Shown: positions 40,748 through 50,183 of the stretch, one piece after another
Layout of the letters: each line of letters starts with the position of its first letter
How positions within the stretch are numbered: the first letter of the stretch is position 1
DNA from: Promethearchaeota archaeon
GTDB taxonomy: Archaea; Asgardarchaeota; Heimdallarchaeia; Hodarchaeales; Hodarchaeaceae
NCBI GenBank assembly: GCA_048938105.1
Contig: JBHLMN010000003.1
Coordinates: 128,001 to 192,000 of the forward strand
DNA length: 64,000 bases
Direction: 5' to 3'
The notes under the pieces: generated by a model
Told to the model about the DNA's origin: nothing
Seen by the model: only the letters and a program-made list of their open reading frames with translations
The model's database searches: none
Translations under genes and position numbers: made by a program

Positions 40748-41539
40748 TCAGAGTTTTTGAATGAATCCTGGGGAAGGTTCGAAAAAGATTCCCTTCAACA
40801 ATCCCTGTTCTATCGCTTGTTTTACAGAGCTAAAAGGAACTCCTTTCTCGTTTGCTATCTTATTGAGTGTCTCAAGTTTAATAGGTTTATCAGTAATGAA
40901 CGACAAGACATCTGCCGCAGTTTCATTGGCCATTAAGAAATCTTTGAAATCCTGTTCCAAATTATCTGCATCTTCTTGGGAAATACTTTTCTTTTGCAAT
41001 GATGTCTGTAGTAAATCTTGAAATATGGTTTTTGCATCCGAGGCTGATTCAAGATAGCACCTGATATGATAGAATTTGTGAGAAAAAAACTTGCGACCAC
41101 CATCCAATTCAACTTGTGAGGGTTCAGCAACACGAAGAATTCCTTTTTCTATCTTTTTCTCACAGATTCTACAAGCTCCTCGCGAACTCTTCGAATACTC
41201 AAGAAAAGATTTACGTGTAGCAGCAGTTCTTTGAGGGCTATCAATAACCTCCTTTTTTCTTTTTTTCAGAGATTCGAAGATTTTCGCTTTATCCTCTGCA
41301 TCTATTGTGGAAGACGAGTCCAAGAATTCCATTATTATGTCTATTTTATCTTGAGGAACACAGGCTACATGATAGAAACCATGAGAGGTGATTGTTTCGC
41401 CGTCTGGTTTAGTAAAAAGATAAGGAATACCAATCCGAAACTCATTTTTAATGATTTTTTGACGACAAGTCCTACAAGATGCTCTACTTGTCTTTGCAGG
41501 CTCAATTTTTAGTTTAATTTTCCCAGACATCAAGCTCAC
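40748..41539 (-). CDS. Tandem PARP-type zinc-finger protein
   Basis: IEPAKTSRASCRTC...FYHVAC and LEYSKSSRGACRIC...FYHIRC; probable C-terminal winged helix. Confidence 0.85.
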   Translation of the reverse strand: MSLMSGKIKLKIEPAKTSRASCRTCRQKIIKNEFRIGIPYLFTKPDGETITSHGFYHVACVPQDKIDIIMEFLDSSSTIDAEDKAKIFESLKKRKKEVIDSPQRTAATRKSFLEYSKSSRGACRICEKKIEKGILRVAEPSQVELDGGRKFFSHKFYHIRCYLESASDAKTIFQDLLQTSLQKKSISQEDADNLEQDFKDFLMANETAADVLSFITDKPIKLETLNKIANEKGVPFSSVKQAIEQGLLKGIFFEPSPGFIQKL

Positions 41540-41682
41540 TTCTGGGTAGAATTAGTAATTCAACTAAAAGACCTCTCCTCTATCTTTCTTTTAAAACTTC
41601 CTTTTATTTCTTCTATTAACGGAAAAACCTACCTTATTTCTTAGAGGATATCGTGCCGAGAAGGTGCGAACCTTTCGCAAGG

Positions 41683-41694
41683 AAGGTTTATAAG
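41683..41694 (+). promoter_or_regulatory. Putative archaeal BRE/TATA promoter
   Basis: AAGGTTTATAAG with purine-rich upstream flank; no plus-strand ORF follows. Confidence 0.5.
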
Positions 41695-41713
41695 GGTTAG
41701 TGTGTTAGGGTTT

Positions 41714-41896
41714 GGTAGGATCAAACTGAAAGATGTAGTTCCTACGGTGGCGCGTTGGGTAAAGATGTGTGTTCTGGAGATGCACCAGAATCGTTATACC
41801 TACTACATCCTAAGTAATCCTATCGGGCTCTTTAATCAAGGGAAGGCGAGTTGAACCTTCGGTTCACTCTTACCTTGCATAAATAGGATTACAGTA
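41714..41896 (+). ncRNA. Candidate structured ncRNA with a 5' segment antisense to the SSU rRNA 5' end (boundaries may extend to 41611-41913)
   Basis: GC-richer non-coding segment; stems GATGTAGT/ACTACATC, TTCTGG/CCAGAA, GTAATCCTAT/ATAGGATTAC, CAAGG/CCTTG, TGAACC/GGTTCA. Confidence 0.6.
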
Positions 41897-41980
41897 GGTG
41901 AGAGTTAATAGAATCGAGTATTACAAATAAAATCGCATTAATCAGTGGTAATAACAAGGGACTCCAAAATTTTGTGGAAT

Positions 41981-42943
41981 TCATGAAAGAAAAATAAATC
42001 TAGTGCTCTTAATGCCTTCGCTTGACTTTTGTGAAAATGAAGAATGAGTTTCTGAGGCTGCAATAAATTCCTCTAAATTATTTGCAATGAAAGTTATCAT
42101 TTCTTCCTTTAGGATGTCAAATTTTCCGTAAATCTCTGGAATAACATATGTAAAGAAGACAAAAATCTTGTCATAGCATTTAAAATGCCAGATGACCGAA
42201 TCACGAAGTCGCTTGGCTCCTATTAAAGACATATTATCTCTGTATTTGCTTAATAGATACTCTTGTTTAATATAATTGGAAATAGAGGCTAATAAAGGAT
42301 CTGAAATGTCTTCGTGAGTTTGACTTTTTGCAGTTGAGAATAAATAATTCCCATTTTCATCGTAAACGAGAATGAATGAGACAAATTCTTCTAGATCAGT
42401 TTTAATTTTACTTAAAATTTTCCAATATATTGAAGCATCTTCCCCCAATGGTCCCTCGATGGCTTTTTCGAAATTCTCTTCCAAACCTACATATTCAGGG
42501 TTTTCTAGGTTTGCTTGCATTGGAGAATAATGACTAAGTAAATTTGTTGGTAATTGTTGAAATTCAGGAGAAGTAGATATTGATACTAGCGATATCCCGT
42601 TTGGAGCCTTCGCATAATCGACATATAGTGGTTTATTTTCTTTTTTGGATATGTCTAAGAGAGTAGGTCTAACAATATCTTTCAATTGTATTATAGCTTC
42701 CAATAGGCCTGACATTAGAAGTATTCTCTCATTTTTTGGACTTACTTCTTGACTTTGACGAGTGTGTATTTCTCCTGATTTATTTATATGAATAGATCGA
42801 GTATAGACGGGGAGGCCACCCTCATCAGCAAGAATCACCATTAAATTACTTCCCCTTAAGGAGGATTGACAAACGAGAGGCTGATTCTCATTGGCTAGCT
42901 GGTCAAATGACAATCTTTTAGAATTTTCATTGGACAAATTCAA
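41981..42943 (-). CDS. Tandem longin/roadblock-like domain protein
   Basis: MVILADEGGLPVYTRS...LLMSGLLEAI and FILVYDENGNYLFST...LLASISNY. Confidence 0.6.
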   Translation of the reverse strand: MNLSNENSKRLSFDQLANENQPLVCQSSLRGSNLMVILADEGGLPVYTRSIHINKSGEIHTRQSQEVSPKNERILLMSGLLEAIIQLKDIVRPTLLDISKKENKPLYVDYAKAPNGISLVSISTSPEFQQLPTNLLSHYSPMQANLENPEYVGLEENFEKAIEGPLGEDASIYWKILSKIKTDLEEFVSFILVYDENGNYLFSTAKSQTHEDISDPLLASISNYIKQEYLLSKYRDNMSLIGAKRLRDSVIWHFKCYDKIFVFFTYVIPEIYGKFDILKEEMITFIANNLEEFIAASETHSSFSQKSSEGIKSTRFIFLS

Positions 42944-43066
42944 TTCACATCATATAATAAAATAAACCCAATGATAAACCTATTCACAAAATAGTTCTTA
43001 AGATGAACTAGAGAATCTTTTCGAAGGTTAATATCCCCATCCTAAAAGTAGGCTTGTAAAAAGGAT

Positions 43067-44083
43067 TTAAAAGAACCCTGACATTAAGATATTATCCCAA
43101 CTTACCTCATTGAAAAGATAGAGGAATTCTTTAAATGTTAAAATCGGTTTTTTGAAATTAATATGATCATCAATAGCTATTCGTGGACAAGCTGTATCTA
43201 CCCAAGCATCAACCCAAGTGATGTTGGCAAGATTCTCAAAATTGAGATTTTCCGCAATAACAGAGATTTTTGATCTATTATGATCGATTAATATCTTTTC
43301 GATCTTAGTTATTTGATCAGGATGATATTGGCCAAGTTTCGAACTCCCTAAAATTCCCCATACTTTTGCATTACGACCTTGGTTAATAATGTGAAGCCTC
43401 TTGCGAATTAATTTATTTCTCTCTTCATTTGGGAAGTATTGTATTTCACCTGTAAAGGGATTTAATTGTAAGATAGGGATTGATGTACAGAGGAGTAATC
43501 CATAAGTGTGAAAGTACCCAGCATGAAGGCTGATTATCCCATCAACTTCTTTCGGAAATCCTCTAATATTCTTAACATGGCATCCAAGTATTTGACCTTC
43601 TCCCTCACTATTATAATTTATTCCTATAGTATCTAAAAAGGTTTTTAATTCTTGTAAATTCCTCAAATGCTGAACTGTTGCTATTAAACCCACATTATTC
43701 CATTTTAATTCCTTTAATTTCTCAGATAATTTAGTAAAGTAAGAAGATATTCCAAACGTAACGAAAGCAGGAATTATTAATATTTCAAGGGATTTATTGA
43801 TTATAGAATTGATTTTTTGCTTAAAGCCAAACTCATTATGCCCAAAGTGGATGAGTAATTCACATTCCAATTGAATAGCTAAATTGACAGCTAAATCGCA
43901 TATTCCATAACTAGGATCACCCACTGCAATGATTTGAACATCAAGAGGTTCTAATGTTTCAAGTAACGTTTTAAGAGGAGTATCAAGTAACCCTTCAGGC
44001 ATTTGGATTAGAATTTTTTTGTATCGCTTATCTAAGATTATTTGTGTGATTTTATCTAATTCTAGATTGTATAATTGACTCAT
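43067..44083 (-). CDS. dph2: Diphthamide biosynthesis enzyme Dph2
   Basis: QMPEGL, YGICD, HFGH, GQILGC, TACPRI (three Fe-S cysteines). Confidence 0.93.
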   Translation of the reverse strand: MSQLYNLELDKITQIILDKRYKKILIQMPEGLLDTPLKTLLETLEPLDVQIIAVGDPSYGICDLAVNLAIQLECELLIHFGHNEFGFKQKINSIINKSLEILIIPAFVTFGISSYFTKLSEKLKELKWNNVGLIATVQHLRNLQELKTFLDTIGINYNSEGEGQILGCHVKNIRGFPKEVDGIISLHAGYFHTYGLLLCTSIPILQLNPFTGEIQYFPNEERNKLIRKRLHIINQGRNAKVWGILGSSKLGQYHPDQITKIEKILIDHNRSKISVIAENLNFENLANITWVDAWVDTACPRIAIDDHINFKKPILTFKEFLYLFNEVSWDNILMSGFF

Positions 44084-44205
44084 TATGTCTCAACTATTCC
44101 ATATGGGAGAATACTTTCCTCTATAGTGAAAGAATCAAATATTTCACACCATTAACACAAAAATGCAAAAGAATTTAAAAACTGTACATTTAATAGAAAA
44201 GTACT

Positions 44206-45156
44206 TTGCTTGAGACAATTCTTATTGACCAGGGGATAATCCAATCACAACGATTAAGTCTTTTATGTGTTCCTGACTACTTATTTTTTAGAACGCACTC
44301 TCATAGGCTTTATAGAGAGTTTAAAGGTATTCCACGATATTCCATAATAACTCGAAAGGTCACTGATCAGCTTGATACCGCCTTACATTATGATCACGCT
44401 TGTTCTCTAAAAACGCTTTTTATTGTTGACGGTTCAACAGCCTTAACAAATGCTCCCTTTTACTTTCAACTTGCAAAACAGTTAGACCTATCTATTGTTG
44501 GGACAAACTTGGATATTAATGAACTCCCCAAACTTAGGTATACTCCGACAAAAAGTATGAACTTTCAGAAATTTGAACCTCTCACTATTGTTAGTAGTGA
44601 AGTCCATTATCATGCTCCACTACATGAAAGTGGTTTGGAAAACAATGCCATAACTCTCCCTCCAACATTTAACCTCTTTACCCAACCAATTACTATAACC
44701 CAAAACACCATTGCAATAGGTTCTGTCAAAAACATAAATGATTTTTTTCCTATCAATTTTGATTTAATGAGAATTAATTTAGGAGATTTTGTCGAATACA
44801 ATCAGCGTTTTCCAAAAACATCTGGAAGTAATGATAATACAAAAAAGAGCCGAAAACAGGCAATTCTTGAGGGGATAAATAGAATCATTAATGTATTCAA
44901 TATTTCTGTTATACTTATTTCACTTTATAAACTCTCTAAATTTTTCGCATCATCAACAGATCCGATAAAACACCAAGTACAAGATATTTGTGACAATTGG
45001 AACTTCTCCGAGGCGATGCTTATAAATAATGAAAAAAGGAGAGTCTGGGAAAAGGAGCCAATGGAGAATTTAAAGGATTTGTTTGATGCCCAAGGTTATA
45101 TTGTAATATTCAATCAAGAAAGAAGGCCAAAAACAGTTTCTCAAGTTAAATATTAA
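44206..45156 (+). CDS. Hypothetical protein
   Basis: 316-aa ORF with no recognised motif. Confidence 0.65.
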   Translation: MLETILIDQGIIQSQRLSLLCVPDYLFFRTHSHRLYREFKGIPRYSIITRKVTDQLDTALHYDHACSLKTLFIVDGSTALTNAPFYFQLAKQLDLSIVGTNLDINELPKLRYTPTKSMNFQKFEPLTIVSSEVHYHAPLHESGLENNAITLPPTFNLFTQPITITQNTIAIGSVKNINDFFPINFDLMRINLGDFVEYNQRFPKTSGSNDNTKKSRKQAILEGINRIINVFNISVILISLYKLSKFFASSTDPIKHQVQDICDNWNFSEAMLINNEKRRVWEKEPMENLKDLFDAQGYIVIFNQERRPKTVSQVKY

Positions 45157-45308
45157 GATAATTCAGAAAAAGACTTCCTCATCGAAGGATGATGGATCAA
45201 AAAAGAGAATGAATCAAAAAGGAATTAGTTTTAAAAGTAGTAATAAAGAGTTAAAATAGTAGTATAATTTCGTACAAAATGGTGAAACAAGAATAGGGTG
45301 GCAGTTAA

Positions 45309-45821
45309 ATGAGTGAAGAAACCTTTAAAATTGAAGAAATCATACCCATAATCGAGAAGGTTAAAAATACTATTGTCACAATGGAAAATGAGTTAGAAGA
45401 AAAACAAAAAGAGGCCGAAGATAAGGAAAAACTTTTAGCTGAACGAGAGGCAAAGTTGAATGAAGCCCAAATTCAGCAACAACAACTAGAATTTGAATAT
45501 GCAAGCCTTGAAACCGAGTTCAAAAAAATATCTGGGCTTTTTGCAGAACTCTCGGAAAAAGAGGAAGCCTCACTTGATGTGAAGCAACTTCTTAGCATCT
45601 ACATTGCTTTACTCGAGAAAGTGTTCGAGGGTAAACCCCATGCAAAGATCTTATACCTCTTACATGGAGATAAATCTGAAATGACTCGTCAAGAATTAGC
45701 AGCAGCTACAGGTTTTTCTCCTGCAATTGTTCTTCATTCATTACATGAGTTAAATAGAGCAGAACTAATCAAATATGATGAAGAACTAGCTACAGCTTCT
45801 CTTGTGAATAGAATATACTGA
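45309..45821 (+). CDS. Coiled-coil + winged-helix protein
   Basis: Heptad-rich N-terminal half; KILYLL...MTRQELAAATGFSPAIVLHSLHEL...LIKY. Confidence 0.75.
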   Translation: MSEETFKIEEIIPIIEKVKNTIVTMENELEEKQKEAEDKEKLLAEREAKLNEAQIQQQQLEFEYASLETEFKKISGLFAELSEKEEASLDVKQLLSIYIALLEKVFEGKPHAKILYLLHGDKSEMTRQELAAATGFSPAIVLHSLHELNRAELIKYDEELATASLVNRIY

Positions 45822-45948
45822 GTGGAATGTCTTTTATTTTAGTACTTGTAGTACTGATTCTCATTGAGGGAGGATGAAGCTTTTTTGATTGTGTCATCTA
45901 CGTATTCTTATTCTTTAGAAAGTATTTGACGACATTTTTTACAAAAAT

Positions 45949-46839
45949 GTGGATGAATTTCATTTGCTAATTGATGACTTTCTTATCACTCTTGAAATTG
46001 AAAAAGGGTATTCACCGAAGACTATTCGTGAATATTCTTATGATCTGAAAATGTTTGAACGGTTTAATGGTAGTAAACCAATTGAAACCACAACTACAAC
46101 GGACTTACGACGATTCCTACTCCATCTTAAGCGAGATAAGGAGTATGCAGCAAGAAGCTTACACCGAAAAATCTGCGCATTGAGATCATTTTTTAAATTC
46201 TTGAAGAAAGAAGGTTTCATCACATTAAATCCAACTGATAATATAGAGTCCCCGAAAATCCCGAAATCTCTGCCTAAAACCATTACAATAGAAGAAACAT
46301 TAAAGCTTCTGACTACTCCTGACAATCCACGAGACAAAGCAATTCTTTATCTGTTGTATGGAACAGGTATGCGAGTATCAGAGCTTAGTAATCTTAATAT
46401 CAATCAACTAGATCTCAATGATAGAATAATTCATGTAGTTGGTGGAAAAGGTGGGAAAGATAGAATAATTCCTCTCCCTATTGGAATTATTGAACTCTTA
46501 ACAGATTACATTAAAACTCGTCCAACTGATACAAAAAATCCTGCGTTCATATTGAACCGTTCAGGGAAGCGTTTAACCCCTCGTTCAATACAAAGGATTG
46601 TCAAAAAGTACAAAAAAGCAGCAAATCTATTAGAAAAGAAGGTAACCCCTCATACATTACGACATGCGTTTGCCACCCATCTTTTATCAAATGATGTTGA
46701 TATCCGTGTAATCCAAGAACTTCTAGGCCATGCTTCACTTTCAACAACACAGCTTTATACACATGTTTCTTTAGAACATCTCAGAAAATCTTATGATTTA
46801 GGACATCCATTATCAAACCAACAAGTTTTTGATGGCTAA
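45949..46839 (+). CDS. xerA: Tyrosine recombinase XerA (XerC/D family)
   Basis: GMRVSEL, GKGGKDR, TPHTLRHAFATHLL, LLGHASLSTTQLYTH. Confidence 0.9.
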   Translation: MDEFHLLIDDFLITLEIEKGYSPKTIREYSYDLKMFERFNGSKPIETTTTTDLRRFLLHLKRDKEYAARSLHRKICALRSFFKFLKKEGFITLNPTDNIESPKIPKSLPKTITIEETLKLLTTPDNPRDKAILYLLYGTGMRVSELSNLNINQLDLNDRIIHVVGGKGGKDRIIPLPIGIIELLTDYIKTRPTDTKNPAFILNRSGKRLTPRSIQRIVKKYKKAANLLEKKVTPHTLRHAFATHLLSNDVDIRVIQELLGHASLSTTQLYTHVSLEHLRKSYDLGHPLSNQQVFDG

Positions 46840-46898
46840 AGAAGTATCTCCTATAGTTTAACGACTATGTATGCGGAGTAGAGGAGGCTTCCTTATCA

Positions 46899-47654
46899 TT
46901 GAAGTATAATCATTCCAATTCATACGCCTTCATAAAACAAATTCAAAAACAACAGCTTAGTATTATATGTTATATTTTATGGTATTTTTATCAGAAACGT
47001 CAAAAAACAGAACTAGCATTTTCTAGTGACCCTTTCCAATATATTTTCCGTTATGAAAATAAATATACTCTTATGGGAGAAAATGTTTGGCAATTTGAAA
47101 ATAAAGTGCGGTGGTTTAAAACTAACCTTGTCTTAATATTTGAAAAAAAGAGATGGGGAGAAATAATACAACGTTTTGAGAATTTTCGGGATTTAGAGAC
47201 GAATCAAAGAATTGATTCATACAATACATACCTATCTCTTAATCTTTCAAGAGATCTCTTTTCCTTTTCTAACCCCGATAATCAAATTATCCAAATTCCA
47301 TCTCTAAAATACCCTCTCCCTAAGCGATACCGTCCTTATGGCGGTGGTTTAAGCTATGGACTGATTAAGAATAGAAATATTGTATGCTTTGCAGCAGCTC
47401 CTCACATTCTGTCCCAAGAAACCTTTTCTTTTGCTATATTACGAGGAATAGAAACAAAGATCATTGAGAGAAGGCAACATTATGCGTTGAAAACTGTTGG
47501 GGTTTTATGTAAAGAATTATTCTCCCGCTACAACTTGTCGAACATTTTTTTGTGGGTAGATGAAAAGAATAAGGCTGCTCGTAATTTGTATAAGAAATTA
47601 GGTTTTTTTGAAGAAGGAAAAACATATACTACTTATTGTGATTTGAAAAAGTAG
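46899..47654 (+). CDS. GNAT family N-acetyltransferase
   Basis: C-terminal WVDEKNKAARNLYKKLGF. Confidence 0.75.
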   Translation: MKYNHSNSYAFIKQIQKQQLSIICYILWYFYQKRQKTELAFSSDPFQYIFRYENKYTLMGENVWQFENKVRWFKTNLVLIFEKKRWGEIIQRFENFRDLETNQRIDSYNTYLSLNLSRDLFSFSNPDNQIIQIPSLKYPLPKRYRPYGGGLSYGLIKNRNIVCFAAAPHILSQETFSFAILRGIETKIIERRQHYALKTVGVLCKELFSRYNLSNIFLWVDEKNKAARNLYKKLGFFEEGKTYTTYCDLKK

Positions 47655-47698
47655 ATTATATCATTAGCAACTATTCAACTCAAGATAGGACATTTAGA

Positions 47699-48769
47699 TC
47701 AGTTTTTTGACAAGAATATCACTTCTTTTACTGTTTTTTTTGTTGATGTTAAGGCATATTTGTAATCTTTTGTTTGTACTATAATATTTTTTTTGTAACT
47801 AAGTAATATCTTCTTTATTGTATCAATATCTGGAATACCAGGGTCTCTATAGGATATAATCATTTTATAATCTCGGAATTTCTCAATAGTTTTCTCAAAT
47901 TCCTGTAAGACTTTTTTTGGACTTGTCCATCCGTTGTGTATTATTTTTAATCGCCTATGTTTTGATTCATAGTCAATCATACTTTCCCAACAATCATAAT
48001 TACAAATACCCTCTAAGAAATGATAAAAATCCCGATAATCAATGCCAATCCCTTGAGAAGAAACATAAGGAGGATCAAGATAAACTAGATCGTAACCCTC
48101 ATCTGGTAAAGGTAGATCTAAAATTGGATAATTAAAAGCTTTATTTACCCTTTGATTATCAAAAACGGCGTGATTCCCCTCTTTGATTGCTTTCAAAAAC
48201 AATTGCTCAAATGGAGTGTCCCAAGTCTTTTTATTCCCGAAACTTCGTTCAACCTTATTTAAACGGAGATAAAGATTCTTTCTATGAAAAAGATTAAAGG
48301 GACGTTTCTGAATACAAGCTTGAAAAAGAGCGAAAAAACAAATGGCTTTTTCAAATTGGTTTTCAAGCCGAAAGATATTTTGTACTACAATATCTAATAG
48401 TTCATTCTCTTTATCAATATAATAAATATCTTGGAATTGATCCTGTATAGTAGTAAGATAAGAAAAACCTTTTTTTTTCTCAAAAAGCGACCTTACTTTT
48501 AATAGATCAAATTTTGTTGAATTATTCTCAATCAATGCTTTTCCAATATACCAATTTGAGGTAAGTATGTCATTATAAGTTACTTCTTTCCCCATTCTTT
48601 TAAACATATGACTGACTGCGCTTGTGCCTCCAAATGCATCTAGTACAGTGTCAAATTCAATATTATGAAATATAGGCTGAAACCAATCAAGTAATTTTAG
48701 TTTACTTCCCTGGTATCGAGTTTGTGGGAAAAGAACTTGCATTTTCATCATCTCGAAGGGAGACCACAA
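47699..48769 (-). CDS. Orphan DNA adenine methyltransferase (D12 class, FokI/StsI-like)
   Basis: RYQGSK, DAFGGT, YLDPPY, KRPFNLFHRKN. Confidence 0.88.
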   Translation of the reverse strand: MWSPFEMMKMQVLFPQTRYQGSKLKLLDWFQPIFHNIEFDTVLDAFGGTSAVSHMFKRMGKEVTYNDILTSNWYIGKALIENNSTKFDLLKVRSLFEKKKGFSYLTTIQDQFQDIYYIDKENELLDIVVQNIFRLENQFEKAICFFALFQACIQKRPFNLFHRKNLYLRLNKVERSFGNKKTWDTPFEQLFLKAIKEGNHAVFDNQRVNKAFNYPILDLPLPDEGYDLVYLDPPYVSSQGIGIDYRDFYHFLEGICNYDCWESMIDYESKHRRLKIIHNGWTSPKKVLQEFEKTIEKFRDYKMIISYRDPGIPDIDTIKKILLSYKKNIIVQTKDYKYALTSTKKTVKEVIFLSKN

Positions 48770-48802
48770 ATAATTTTTCCCTCCTTCCCCCTCTATAGTG
48801 GC

Positions 48803-50131
48803 TTAGATTTTTTCAACTCGGTCAGTAAATCCTATATTAAGTTCCTCTAACTCTTTCAAGACTGGTTCATAAATATTCTTTTGTACAGGAATTATGACAC
48901 CCTTATCGGTGATTTTACCTTCTAAAATCATATGAACACCTATTGCGCATGGTAAGCCAACTGTTCGTGACATTGAAGTGGGACCATCCTTAATTCCAAG
49001 ATCAACCATGGTACTAGTGCGTTTTTCTTTACCTTCAGGCAATTCATATTTGAACTCGTGAACCATAATTAACATATCCCGTTCACCAGGCGAATATTGG
49101 AGATGAGTCTCCCATTGATGACACAAAGCATCAAGGGGTGATATCTTAGTAGAAGGTACTTGGTCATTCCCAAATAGTCCCATCCATTCAAAACGATGAA
49201 TGATATCATCGGTCACCACAAGATTGAATTTTTTCATGAATTCTTCTTTAGAATCCGCATCCAAAGATACTCCTAGAAGTTTATTAGTAAGTTGGTTATA
49301 AGTGAATCCTGAAGGGAGTTCTAGTTCCTCTAAATCCATATATCCCGAGTCAGCAACCTTTTTAAGAGCACGACACCATCCTGTATTACGTAGAGTCCCC
49401 CGAAACATCGTCTTGGTCTCGGAAATCTCATAAATATTAATATAAGGTGTTGAATCACGATTAGGATAAGCTTCATAATCATCTTCTAAACCATCGACTG
49501 GATAAGGATAGTAATTGTCAAACAGCTCTTCACCAGGAATTTCTATTATTTTACCATCTTCTTTGTATTTTGCAGGATTACGGCCTGCCAGAATCACCCC
49601 ACGAGGTGACCAAGATAATTTATATTTCCATGGTGTTGTTACAGCATCTGGGGCAGGTAATCCTCCGCAATATGATTTGAAGGAAAGAATTTTTCCTCCT
49701 CTTTCATGAACATCATCAATGATTTTTTTCGCTGACATATGGTCTATTCCTGGGTCAACACCTATTTCATTCAAAATTGTGATCCCTGCTTTCTTAGCGT
49801 CTTCATCTAATGCTCGCATTTCAGGACTAACATAAGAAGTGGTTACCATGTGTTTTTTGTATTTAATACAAGACTTGGCTACATGCACATGATAGATATA
49901 AGGTAACAAACTGACAACTAAATCGCTTTCCTTCACTAACTGATCTAACTCTTCTTCAGATGCCTTTGTGATATCAAATTCTTTTGCTATACCATTAGGA
50001 TGATCTCCAATTAGATTTATAGCTTTACTCTTAGTACGACTTGCTACTGTGACTTGATAACCATGGTCTAATAAATAAGTTACAGGAGGCCCAGCAACCA
50101 TTCCTGCGCCAAGAATCAAAACTTTTTTCAA
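48803..50131 (-). CDS. Saccharopine dehydrogenase (Lys9/AASS-SDH type)
   Basis: LGAGMVA, VSLLPY, EIGVDPGIDH, SYCGGLP, YKLSWSPRG, YPNRDS, RGTLR. Confidence 0.95.
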   Translation of the reverse strand: MKKVLILGAGMVAGPPVTYLLDHGYQVTVASRTKSKAINLIGDHPNGIAKEFDITKASEEELDQLVKESDLVVSLLPYIYHVHVAKSCIKYKKHMVTTSYVSPEMRALDEDAKKAGITILNEIGVDPGIDHMSAKKIIDDVHERGGKILSFKSYCGGLPAPDAVTTPWKYKLSWSPRGVILAGRNPAKYKEDGKIIEIPGEELFDNYYPYPVDGLEDDYEAYPNRDSTPYINIYEISETKTMFRGTLRNTGWCRALKKVADSGYMDLEELELPSGFTYNQLTNKLLGVSLDADSKEEFMKKFNLVVTDDIIHRFEWMGLFGNDQVPSTKISPLDALCHQWETHLQYSPGERDMLIMVHEFKYELPEGKEKRTSTMVDLGIKDGPTSMSRTVGLPCAIGVHMILEGKITDKGVIIPVQKNIYEPVLKELEELNIGFTDRVEKI

Positions 50132-50183
50132 TTCTAATTACTCCTTACTAATTAATATAATTATTTTTAGGTTCATGGGGTTT

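Noticed and set aside
41690-41720. Telomere-like GGGTTAG/TTAGGG words (CTAACCC on the minus strand)
   Set aside because: Only two imperfect, non-tandem words, lying in the TATA-to-TSS spacer; no reverse transcriptase nearby.
41611-41913. SRP RNA, RNase P RNA, 5S rRNA or a 16S fragment
   Set aside because: No SRP helix-8 motif, RNase P P4 consensus or 5S motifs found by eye. On the minus strand, similarity to 16S stops immediately after TTGATCCTACC.
45949-46839. Integrase of the downstream defence island
   Set aside because: Looks like housekeeping XerA; core genes lie between it and the island, and no att repeats or tRNA were seen.
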